Positions 28,018 through 39,692 of a stretch of DNA of 63,807 nucleotides are shown piece after piece. This stretch comes from Anolis carolinensis (taxonomy: Eukaryota), in contig NW_026943822.1 of the NCBI RefSeq assembly GCF_035594765.1, positions 25,178,968 to 25,242,774 on the forward strand, in the 5' to 3' direction. The translations under genes and the position numbers were made by a program. The first letter of the stretch is position 1. Each line of letters starts with the position of its first letter. The notes beneath the pieces are model-generated. The model searched no databases. It saw only the letters and a program-made list of their open reading frames with translations, and was not told the DNA's origin.

Positions 28018-28500
28018 TGGAGTGGTGCAGCAGGTTAAACCACTGAGCTGCTGTACTTGCTGACCGGGAGGTCGGTGGTTCGAATCTGGGGAGCAGGGTG
28101 AGCTCCCGCAGTTAGCCCCAGCTTCTGCCAACCAAGCAGTTCGAAAACATACAAATGTGAGTAGATGAATAGGTACTGTAAGGGTTACCCTAGACAAAAA
28201 ACCCCTCCCAAATGTTATTGTTAATTCACTTCTATGTACCATGTATGTACATAGTATGTTCATATTTTATATTTTAACTATCTTGATTGGGCTCGTCCCC
28301 ATGTAAGCCGCTCCGAGTCCCTTTGGGGAGATGGAGGCGGGGTACAACAATAAAATTATTATTATTACTGTAACGGCGCAGCATGCAGTCATGCCAGTGG
28401 CCACATGACCTTGGAGGTGTCTACGGACAACGCCGGCTCAGAAATGGAGATGAGAACCGATCCCTCGAGTTGGACAGGACTGGGCTGAATGTCAGGGGAA
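28018..28500 (+). mobile_element. Sauria-type SINE (interrupted)
   Basis: GGTTAAACCACTGAGCTGCT...GGTTCGAATCTGGGGAGC...CCACATGACCTTGGAGGTGTCTACGGACAACGCCGGCTC. Other copies at 30413-30674 (-) and 50309-50570 (+). Confidence 0.75.
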
Positions 28501-28624
28501 TGGTTTCAGTGGCTTCCCTGTGTGGTTGTGAGAGTGGTCTAGTATTTCTGTGAGAATACATCAAGGGAGCAGATGAAGAAACACAAACAATCTCCAGACC
28601 CACCAGCGCATTTATTAGCAGCCT

Positions 28625-29132
28625 ACTTCCGGACTACAGCTCCCGGCGTCCCTTGCGGCAGGGAGGGAGCCTCGTCTCGGGCCAGTCCTGCCCAGGCGGG
28701 GCTCCATCTCTAGGTTTCCACGCCGCGGCGCCTCCCGAGGCGGGTTCTTCCTTCCACAGCCCGAAACACGCACCGAGGGGCCCTGGAGGCGAGGAACGCC
28801 ATTCAGACGCGCAGGGCGCTCTTTCCCGACGCGTGTCGTGCTAGCGCTCCTCCCCTTTCTGGGCGGGGCCTGCCTCCTTCCGCTCCTCCCCTTTCTGGGC
28901 GGGGCCTGCCTCCATCCGCTCCTCCCCTTTCTGGGCGGGGCCTGCCTCTTCCCGCTCCGCCTCCTCTTTCTGGAAAACGGGCTTCCAGACGTAGACGCCG
29001 CTGGAGACGCCCAAAATGGCGGCCAGGAGCAACTGCGGGAAGCCCCGCCCACGGAACATCACGATTGGTTAAGCTTCCCTGTCCTGCCCCGGAAGTATCG
29101 CGAGATCCCACGCGAGGTTTTGCTGTACGGTG
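28625..29132. promoter_or_regulatory. PIGB/PIGBOS1 bidirectional CpG-island promoter elements
   Basis: ETS ACTTCCGG at 28625; ZNF143-type ACTACAGCTCCC at 28633; GC boxes at 28861, 28897, 28933 and 29043; YY1-type AAAATGGCGGC at 29013; ATTGG at 29064; CCGGAAGT at 29089; TATCGCGAGA (TMTCGCGANR, BANP-type) at 29096. Confidence 0.7.
28841..29059 (-). CDS. PIGBOS1: PIGBOS1 mitochondrial outer-membrane microprotein ortholog (72 aa, with a repeat-extended C-terminus)
   Basis: MFRGRGFPQLLLAAILGVSSGVYVWKPVFQK resembles the recalled human [31 protein letters not shown] (single TM helix). It lies antisense and head-to-head to PIGB as in human. Minus-strand AATAAA at 28611-28616. Confidence 0.9.
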   Translation of the reverse strand: MFRGRGFPQLLLAAILGVSSGVYVWKPVFQKEEAEREEAGPAQKGEERMEAGPAQKGEERKEAGPAQKGEER

Positions 29133-30802
29133 ATGGCGGCGGCCGCCGAGTCAGAAGCACGTCTCCGGAAGCGGAAGCGGGCGCCGCGTGGGCCCGGTTT
29201 GGAGAGCCCCGTGGCGGCGTCGTCGTCGTGGGTACGCTTGGCCTTCTTGGTCACGGCGCTGCGGCTCCTGAACGCCTTCCTGGTCCAGACCAGCTTCGTC
29301 CCCGACGAGTACTGGCAGGCGCTGGAAGTCGCGCACCGGGCCGCCTTCCGATATCCTTTCAGGGTGAGGTGAGCAATGGGAGGCCGAGGATGGGGAGGGG
29401 GCGGGGCTAGGATGGCACTACTCCGCCAATGGGAACCAAGGCTGGGAAGGGGGCGGGACCGGGATGGCTTCAATCTACCAATAGGAACCGAGGCTTGAAA
29501 GGAGGCGGGGTCGGGATAGGGTTACTACGCCAATGGGAACCGGGGCCGGGCTGGGGTCAGAAGGCTGGGAAAGGGGCGGGACCTCGCTGAGTTTACTACG
29601 CCAATGGGGAAGGAGGCTAGAAAAGGGGCGGGCCGGGATAGGGTTGGTTGACCATTGGGAATCGAGGCTAGAAAAGGGGCGGGCCGGGATAGGGCTGGTT
29701 GACCAATGGGAATCGAGGCTAGCAAAGGGGCGGGCCGGGATAGGGTTGGTTGACCAATGGGAATCGAGGCTAGAAAAGGAGCGGGTCCGGGCTGGGTTGA
29801 CTCCGCCAATGGGAGCCGAGGCTGGGAGAGGGGGCGGGGCAGAGAGGAGGCCTTGTGAGAGGAATCCCAAACGGCTGCCTTCCTGAGCGTCTCCCTCACG
29901 TACGGTTTCCTGACGTGGGAGTGGGCGCGGGGCCTGCGCAGCGCCCTCTACCCGCTGGCCCTGGCCGGGCTCTACAAGGCGCTGGAGCTGCTGGGGACGG
30001 ACCGCGCGCCCCTCCTGGTGAGTGTCTTGTCCTCCCTCCCTCCCGCCCGCGCAGCAGGCCCCGCGCCCCTCTCCACGCGCCCAGGAGGGAACCCCGAGGG
30101 CTGAGCCCGCGCCTCCTCCTCCTCCTCCTCCCGCAGGTCTGGCTCCCGCGCCTGGCCCAGGCCCTGCTGGCGGCCGTGGCCGACGTGCGGCTCTACTTCC
30201 TGGCCAAGCGGATAGAAGGCCCCGCCGTGGCCCCCTGGGTGGTGAGTCCCCCCCCCCATACATACACATACATACATACCTATACACACACACATAGACT
30301 ATTTATCTATTTATCCAAACACACACACACACATATATACTTTATGTATATACATATCCATAGAGAATATCTATCTATCTATATCTAAACATGCATATAT
30401 ATATATATATATAAGGTAAAGGTTTCCCCTGACGTGAAGTCCAGTCGTGACCGACTCTGGGACTCTGGTGCTCATCTCCATTTCTAAGCCACGCCGTTAC
30501 CTTCCCACCGGAGCAGTACCTATTGATCTACTCACATTGGCATGTTTTCGAACTGCTAGGTTGGCAGGAGCTGGAGCTAACAGTGGGAGCTCATTCCACT
30601 CCCGGGATTTGAACCTGGGACCTTTTGGTCCGCAAGTTCAGCAGCTCAGCGCTTTAACACACTTTGCCACCGGGGCTCATACCCATAGAGAATACGTATC
30701 TATATATATCCAAACATGCACACACACATATATATATATTGCAAATATACAGAAAAAAATCTATATCTTTCTATCCAAACACACACATACACATATATAC
30801 TG

Positions 30803-30838
<36 letters not shown>

Positions 30839-31111
30839 TCAAGAATATCTGTTTATATCTATCTAAAGACACGTGTATATATACTGTATACACACAGAGA
30901 ATGTCTGTCTCTCTAGCCAAATACACACACACATACTGTACATATATATACGCACTTAAAGAATATCTATCCATATATTGAAACAATATATATAATATAT
31001 ACTATGTATAGAGTATATTTCTATGTATCTATTGAGCAAACCACACATATATATACAGTATGTATATGTGTGGGTGTATATATACACATAGAGAATATCT
31101 ATCTATCCAAC

Positions 31112-31146
<35 letters not shown>

Positions 31147-31521
31147 ATACAGTAGAGTCTCACTTATCCAACACTCACTTATCCAACGTTCTGGATTATC
31201 CAAGCCATTTTTGTAGTCAATGTTTTCAATATATCGTGATATTTTGGTGCTAAATTCGTAAATACAGTAATTACTGCATAGCATTAATGTGTAATGAACT
31301 ACTTTTTCTGTCAAATTTGTTGTATAACATGATGTTTTGGTGCTTAATTTGTAAAATCTTAACCTATTTTGATGTTTAATAGGCTTTTTTTAAATCTCTC
31401 CTTATTATCCAACATATTCGCTTATTCAACTTTCTGCCGGCCCATTTATGTTGGATAAGTGAGACTCTACTGTAGTATATACTCTATACATAGAGTATAT
31501 TTCTATGTATCTATCGAACCA

Positions 31522-31577
<56 letters not shown>

Positions 31578-32333
31578 CAGTATGTATATGTATGTGTGTG
31601 TGTATACACATAGAGAATATCCATCCATCCAACCACACACACATATATAATGTATCACACACACACAATAGCTGAATATCTATCTCACCAACATGCATAT
31701 GTACTGTATGTACGTATATATTTTATCCTTTACAATTTAGCTTGTAAATCTCCTAGAGCATCTTGGATGGAGGGCGATTAATAAGTAATTAAATGATGAT
31801 GATGATGATGATGATATATACACACAGTCTATCTATCCATCTAGCCATGTATATCTATCCAAACACACATATACAGTAGAGTCTCACTTATCCAAGCCTC
31901 GCTTATCCAAGTTTCTGGATAATTCAAGCCATTTTTGTAGTCAATGTTTTCAATATATCGTGATATTTTGGTGCTAAATTCATAAATACAGTAATTACAA
32001 CATAGCATTACTGCGTATTGAACTACTTTTTCTGTCAAATTTGTTGTATAACATGATGTTCTGGTGCTTAATTTGTAATATCATAACCTAATTTGATGTT
32101 TAATAGGCTTTTTTTTTTAATCTCTCCTTATTATCCAACATATTCGCTTATCCAACGTTCTGCCGGCCCATTTATGTTAGATAAGTGAGACTACTGTATA
32201 ATGTATGTATATATATATATACATACACAATAGCTGAATATCTATCATACCAACGCACATATGTACTGTATGTACGTATATATATATACAGAGTGTCTAT
32301 CTATCCATCTAGCCATGTATATCTATCCAAACA

Positions 32334-32382
<49 letters not shown>

Positions 32383-35300
32383 ACACACACACACTGTATA
32401 CACAGATAATATCTATCTGTCTTATATCTACCGTGTTTCCCTGAAAATAAGACAGTGTCTTATATTAATTTTTGCTCCCAAAGATGCACTAGGTCTAATT
32501 TTCAGGGGATGTCTTATTTTTCCATGAGGAAGAATTCACATTTATTGTTGAACAAAAAAAATGAACATTTATTATATACTGTACAGGAGTTGTCATCACA
32601 AACCAGCATAACCAGACAAACTGTGAATCCTATCAAGAATTTCTTGTTACTACCATTATTTACATGTACAACACTCTATGTGTTGTACATGTAAATAATG
32701 GTACATTTACCAATCCAGCCTGCTCTGGTGTTCTGTTTGTTGGCCATGCTTCCAAACAAAACCTTTGCTAGGTCTTACTTTCGGGGGAGGCCTTATATTT
32801 AGCAATTCAGCAAAACCTCTACTAGGTCTTATTTTCTGAGGATGTCTTATTTTAGGGGAAACAGGGTATCTATCCAAACGTGTGTGTGTGTGTGTATATA
32901 TATATATACATTTGCTGTTAGGAATGGTGGGAGTTGGAGTCAGTTCCGTTCAGAGAGCAGAACTGACCTCTTCTGGGCCCTGCCGGGCGTGTGCAGGTCT
33001 TCTGCCAGCTCTGCTCCTGGTTCACCTGGTTCTGCTGCACCCGGACGCTGACCAACGCCACGGAGGCCGCGCTCGGCACCATCGCCCTCTCCTTCTACCC
33101 CGTGCCGGGCACCCCATCGGGGGTCAGCAGGTGAGGGAGGGGCTCCTTCTGGGCAAAGGGCAGGAGGGCGGGTGGCCGGCCCCACAGTGGCCGCAAGGCA
33201 GTGTATAGTCTCCCCACAGCACCTTACTCTCAAGGCTTTACTATTTATTTATTTATTAGCTACATTTATATGCCGCCCTTCTTTCTCACCCCAAAGGGGA
33301 CTCAGAGCGGCTTACAAATTAAATTTACATACAATATTATACTAGCATAGTACAATACTGGTAATAAATTACTATACTGTACTGTATCAGTATATTGTAA
33401 TATTATGAGTAATATTACATGTAAAATATAATATATAATTAATATTATATTGTATTATTAGTATTATATCATATTGCAATATAATATGACTATTATATGT
33501 ATATATAATATGTTATAATTATTATANNNNNNNNNNNNNNNNNNNNNNNNNNNNNNNNNNNNNNNNNNNNNNNNNNNNNNNNNNNNNNNNNNNNNNNNNN
33601 NNNNNNNNNNNNNNNNNNNNNNNNNNNNNNNNNNNNNNNNNNNNNNNNNNNNNNNNNNNNNNNNNNNNNNNNNNNNNNNNNNNNNNNNNNNNNNNNNNNN
33701 NNNNNNNNNNNNNNNNNNNNNNNNNNNNNNNNNNNNNNNNNNNNNNNNNTTGCGGGGAGGGTCCTCCAGCTGATGCAATTTTGTAATTTACCATTTTGTA
33801 AGCCCAAACAAAAGACCCTCCCTGTAAAAGAACCACAGTAAAGTCTTGAGAGTATTAATTCTTTCATACTTTGTAGTAATTACTGTATTTTCTGCTGTGG
33901 GTGGACTATAATTATTATTTAGAGGCTGAGAGCGGGCTTTCCTCGCTTGTAGGAAGAATGCAATGACCCCAAACCCTTTCCTCTCCCAGCGTCCGGTACT
34001 TGACCCTGGCGGCCGTGGCCTTCATCATCCGCCCGACAGCGGCCATCCTGTGGGCCCCGCTGGTGCTCTGGCACTTCTGGACCGAGACCCCCGAGGGGCG
34101 CCTCCGCCTCCTCCTCCGCTGCCTCTCCGTGGGGTGAGTCCCACCCTTGGAATGTCGGGATGCTCTGCCCTCTCCCTCTTTGCTCCAACCAAACACTTGT
34201 TCATTTGCGTTCGCATGTTGTGTGCCTTGGTGTTTGACTTGGTGCTGTATGGGCCAGGCATGGGCCAACTTGGGCCCTCCCGAAAGGTGTTTTGGCCTCG
34301 AGTCAGGGATTTGGGTCACTTCCCAGCAAGTGTACATTTTCTCCTCCTTCCTTTGCAGCCTGGTCACTCTGGGCAGCTCTTTGGTCCTTGACCGGATGTT
34401 CTACGGCAAGGTAAGCGTGCCTTCGGGGAAGGGTCCAGGCCCCTTCTGACCAACGGGGCCTTGCTTACCTCTAACTATGTTTCTTCAAGTTCAAATTCAC
34501 ACATATGGGTTGTTTCCTATATGTGCAATTTCACAGAGATCACAATGAATACAGTAGAGTCTCACTTATCCAAGCTAAATGGGCCGGCAGAAGCTTGGAT
34601 AAGCAAATATCTTGGATAATAAGGAGGGATTAAAGAAAAGCCTATTAAACATCAAATTAGGTTATGATTTTACAAATTAAGCACCAAAACATCATACTAT
34701 ACAACAAATTTGACAGAAGCAGTAGTTCAATAGGCAGTAATGTTATGTTGTAATTACTATATTTATGAATTTAGCACCAAAATATCACAATATATTGAAA
34801 ACATTGATTGCAAAAATGGCTTGGATAATCCAGAACGTTGGATAAGCGAGGCTTGGATAAGTGAGACTCTACTGTATATGGTTAATGTGTTATCGAAGGC
34901 TTTCACGGGCCAGAATCACAGGGTTGTTGTGTGTTTTCTGGGCTGTATGGCCATGTTCCAGAAGTATTCTCTCCTGATGTTTCGCCCACATCTATGGCAG
35001 GCAACCTCTGAGGATGCCTGCCATAGATGTGGGTGAAACATCAGGAGAGAATACTTCTGGAACATGGCCATACAGCCCAGAAAACACACAACAACCCTGA
35101 ATATATGGTTGCTTACCTGTCACCGTGTTTCTTTTTTTTTTTTGGAATAGTTTTTATTGAATTTCCAAATAAAATTTACAGTGAGAGTGTGAGAACACAT
35201 AAGGTTTTTAGAAAAAGAGGTGCAATGAGTAAATAGGAAGAAAAAAGAGAGAAGAAGAAAAAACAACAACAGAAATAATGATAAAAATTAAAAAATTAAA

Positions 35301-38300
35301 AATAAAACTCGTCACTTCCCTCTTACACAGATACTTTAAAAAGTTACTTTCTTTGATTCGTTTGTTTGTCTGTTCATACTTTCTTCTTTGGTGTCGGCCT
35401 CTTCTTTACCTTCAATCATTATCCACAAAATCTCTTTTAGAGTTAAATTAGCACCCTCATTTGCCTTTCAACCAAATTTTTTTTTATCAAGTCCCAGTTT
35501 GTTTGCTTTTTTGGAATGCCGTAATTTTTTTTTAGCAAATACGTCAATTTATCCATATTCATTATTTCCAAAACCTTATTTAGCCAGCAACTCAACTCCG
35601 GAATTTCTTTCTTTTTCCAATATCTGTGTTTCTTTGAGTGGTCATCTGTGAAATTTGCAGACCCCTAGGTGCGATTTCACAGAGACCACGAAGAAGTTTC
35701 TCTCTCCTTCCTTCCTTCCCTCCTGCAGTGGGTGGTGGTGCAGCTGAACTTCCTGCGCTTCAATGTGCTGACGGGCGGGGGCTCCTTCTACGGCTCCCAC
35801 GCGTGGCACTGGTACTGGACGCAGGGCCTGCCGGCCATCCTGGGCCCCCACCTGCCCCTCTTCCTGCTGGGATGCCTCCGGGCCCCGAGGAGGGCCCCCC
35901 ACCGCCTGCTCCTGGCCCTCATCCTCTGGACGGTGGGCGCCTACAGGTGGGCCTTGCGGGGGGGGGGCTGCGTTGGGGGGGGGGGGGCACTGGGGCCGGG
36001 TGGGGAGAGCAAGGCAGCCCCTGACCCGACGGTCCGCCCGCCCTCTCTGTTTGCAGCGCCTTGAGCCACAAGGAGTTCCGCTTCCTCCTCCCGGTGCTGC
36101 CCCTCGCCATGCTCTTCTGCGGTAAGCGCTCGGTTCAAACACACCACGGAACCACATTGGAACAATTTCCTCTTCCTGTTCAATTAAGCAGTTTGGGTGA
36201 ATACAGGGCGGAAGGTGGAGGATTCTTCTAGGTCATGCCCTTCTGCCAGGTTGTCTCTCCATCTGCCCACTCCACTCTGTTCAGGGACTTCCAAGCTGCC
36301 CCTTCTTGGTACGTTATTCCACAGGTATATACACAACACTCCACTTGCCTCGTTCCCAACAGACCTCTGAACAAACCTCTGACAAAATATTACTGGGGAA
36401 CATGGCCAGGCATCCCAGAAAACTCAGCAAACTGATTCGATCTAATTTACAGCAGCCACAAAAACAAAGTTTATGGATCGTTGAAGGTTTTCATGGTGGG
36501 TTGCTGTGAGTTTTCTGGGCTGTCTTGCCATGTTTATTTATTTATTAGCTACATTTATATCCCGCCCTTCTCACCCCGAAGGGGACTCAGAGCGGCTTAC
36601 AAATTAAATTTACATACAATATTATATTAGTGTAGTACAATACTGGTAATAAATTACTATATTGTACTGTATCAATATGTTGTAATATTATTAGTAATAT
36701 TACATGTAAAATATAACATATAATTAATGTTATTATATTGTATTAGTATTATATCGTATTACAATATAATATTATGAATATTATATGCATATACAATATG
36801 TTATAATTATTATATATTGTGTGTATATATATATATATATATAAACACTCACATACATATATAAACACTCACAGAAGCATTCTCTCCTGACGTTCCACCC
36901 ACATCTATGGCAGGCATCCTCAGAGGTTGTGAGGTCTGTTGGAAACGAGTCATGTGAGGCTGACCTATCAGTGGAATGTCCAAGGTGGGGAAATGAACTC
37001 CCGTATGTAGGAGGCATGTGTCCCTTCCATATCCCTTATGTCAGTGATGGCCAACCTATGACACGCGTGTCAGCACTGACACGCCTAGCCATTTTTGCTG
37101 ACACGCTGCCGCATGCAGATTGATCGGATGACTAATGTCTTTTGTGGCCAAATTTGGTGTGATTTGGTCCAGTGGTTTTGTTGTTTACTCCATGGGAATT
37201 ATGCACATTACATTTAGATATCATTCTATTATTATATTATTATTGTAGTATATTATTATATTATTACTATTATATTATTAATATATTATTAATTATTCAT
37301 GACTATATTGAAACTAGAATAGAGAGAAATCAGCGTGGAAACTGCAAGAGGTCCCATAGATTGTTGTACCTGGAAATAATGGCAGTAAATAGTTTTTGAT
37401 TTATTAAATACAGTTATATATTACAATTATATACTTTTGTTATTTAAACTATATATATTGCGAAATTATGGTTTTTTTTCTCTCGAAGTGACACACCACC
37501 CAAGTCATGCGAGGTTTTTTGTTGAATGTTGACCCCCCAAATGCCAAGCTTGCCCCCCATTGCCTCCTGTTCCTCCCCTCGATGCCTGACGGTCTCTGCT
37601 TCTCCTCTGGCAGGGCGTGCGCTGCACGGGCTGCGCAAGGGGAGGAGGGCGGTGTCGGCCGGGGCCCTGCTGGCCTCCAATGCGCTGCTGGCGCTCTACC
37701 TGGGCCTGGTGCACCAGCGCGGGACCCTGGACCTCATGGCCCACCTGCGCGGCCTCTGCCCCCCTCCCTCTCCCTCTCCCCCCCAGCAGCAGCAGCAGCG
37801 GGGCCCGCCCTCCGTCCTGATGCTGATGCCCTGCCACTCCACCCCCTTCTACAGGTGAGGAGGGGTCCGGGTCCGGGTGGGGGTGGGGGCTGGCCTGGGT
37901 GGCCTGCCTCCTCTGAGGCCCCTCTGCCTCCTCCTCCTCCTCCTCCTCTTGCAGCCACATCCACTGCCCGCTGCAGATGCGCTTCCTGCAGTGCCCCCCC
38001 GACCTGGACGGAAGGGCCGACTACCAGGACGAGGCCGACGCCTTCTACGCCGCCCCCCTCCCGTGGCTCCAGCGGGAGTTCGGCACAGCCAACGCCTCCT
38101 CCACGCCGCCCCCCACACACCTGGCCCTCTTCCGGGGCCTCCAGAAGGTGGGTCGTGCACCCACAGGCCGGGGAATTACACCTCCTCCATGGCCTGGCTG
38201 TGCCTTCCTTGGAGGTGCCCCAAGTGCATCGTAGCTCTGCTTCCAGGTGTAGTTTTATAGGTGTATTTAACTGTGTTCTGCCCAACTGCCTCCAACCAAA

Positions 38301-39099
38301 GCAGAGGCAGGTCATACATTTATTATTATTATTATTATTATTATTCTTAGTAGTAGTAGTAGTAGTAGTAGTATTGAGTAGGGAACCTTTCCATGTTGGA
38401 AAGCCGCACTGATTTAGTTGCCATCTAGTAAGGCTGCCTCCAAGAAACATCAATTTACTGAGTTTCTTTAGTATATTTGTGTGTGTGTGTGTATGTATAT
38501 ATATGTGTGTGTGTGTATATATACACATATACATACACACACATATATATATACAGAGGGAAGTTTTATACAGGAAAAAGTACATTTTAATTCAAGAACT
38601 ACAATTCATGCATATATATATACACACACCCTATATATATATATAGATCATAGAATCATATAATAGTAGAGTTGGAAGAGACCTCATGGGCCATCCAGTC
38701 CAACCCCATTCTGCCAAGAAGCAGGAAATCGCATTCAAAGCACCCCCGACAGATAGCCATCCAGCCATCACACACACACACACAGAGACAGTATTTCTTA
38801 GCAGGCAGCACCTGTAATGTGGTAATAATTTGACAATTATTTGGCCCCCAGAGATTTCTATGACTCCGTGAGCATTCAAACACATGTATTTGGCAACAGA
38901 ACGAGGTTGGGCAACTGACGGTGTTCTTTGGGGCCCAACTGGAGGCATGATGGAGCCTGTTCTCTTCCCGCAGGAGATCGGCCCCTTCCTCTGTGCGCAC
39001 GGCTACAAGCACCGCGCCGCCTTCTTCCACACGCACCTGCCGCAAGGGCGGGTCGGGAGCCACGTGGACCTCTACGAGCGGGACCCGAAAGGGAGCTGA
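29133..39099 (+). CDS. PIGB: GPI mannosyltransferase 3 (about 537 aa)
   Basis: Exons 29133-29350, 29900-30017, 30137-30241, 32997-33130, 33990-34133, 34359-34410, 35729-35946, 36057-36121, 37614-37854, 37955-38147 and 38974-39099 total 1614 nt. Motifs: [57 protein letters not shown]. Confidence 0.96.
29351..29899 (+). other. U12-type (minor spliceosome) AT-AC intron, PIGB intron 1
   Basis: Begins ATATCCTTT (U12 5' consensus) and ends CTCAC. Candidate branch CCTTCCTGAG at 29878-29887. Splicing gives [11 protein letters not shown], in frame with PIGB homology. Confidence 0.93.
29370..29845 (+). repeat. ~51-52 bp minisatellite of CCAAT box plus GC box inside PIGB intron 1
   Basis: Unit GACCAATGGGAATCGAGGCTAGAAAAGGGGCGGGCCGGGATAGGGTTGGTT. 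CCAAT at 29426, 29478, 29530, 29601, 29703, 29754 and 29806, with a CCATT variant at 29652. Confidence 0.9.
32431..32866. mobile_element. Tigger-like MITE
   Basis: TA|CCGTGTTTCCCTGAAAATAAGAC ... GTCTTATTTTAGGGGAAACAGGG|TA. Confidence 0.75.
33527..33749. other. Assembly gap (second gap at 61408-61550)
   Basis: Runs of N. Confidence 1.
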
Positions 39100-39692
39100 G
39101 GCGCAGCCGGGCGCAAGGGAGGAGGAGGAGGAGGAGGAGGAGGAGGAGGAGACCTTCCCTGCAACCGGATCCCGGGACGCTCTCTGCAGCGAGGCCAAGT
39201 TTGATAAAGAACAGGACTCTGCTTTGTTTTCCCCCAACCACGTCTTTATTCTTCCTTCCACCGGGCTGTGCAAGAAGGAAGTCCAGTGCAGGTCGGACAG
39301 CGGCCCACAGACGCAAAGGAGTCGGCAGGGAAGGGACGGGGGGTGGGCTCAGGCACGGGCCAACCTCGGCCCCCCCCCCGCCAGGGGTTTTGGGCTCCAG
39401 AACACCGGGAGGGAAGTCCGAAGTTGGCCCGTGCCTGTTGATCCACATGGGAGGGAAGCGGATAACACACACACACACGCACAGAAGCGGCTGCTCACCC
39501 GGCCTTTTTATTATTGCCATCGTAGTCGCTGTGGCGCCCGTTTCTCCGGAGTGAGGAGGGGGTGGGGGGTCTCCTTGGTGGTCAAAGGAGGGTCAAGGGT
39601 GGCTTCGGCCCCTCTGCTCTCTCCTCTCCCCCAAAGGCAGCAGCGGGGCTTCTCTTCTTAAATCTCGGCGGAGGAGGAGGAGGAGGGGGGGC

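Noticed and set aside
29364-29372. GT donors after PIGB exon 1 (GTGAGG, GTGAGC)
   Set aside because: They add non-homologous residues, and no suitable AG restores YGFLTWEW; the AT-AC junction fits exactly.
30250-32420. Many Tyr/Ile/His/Thr-rich ORFs
   Set aside because: Translations of (TA)n and (CA)n low-complexity intronic sequence.
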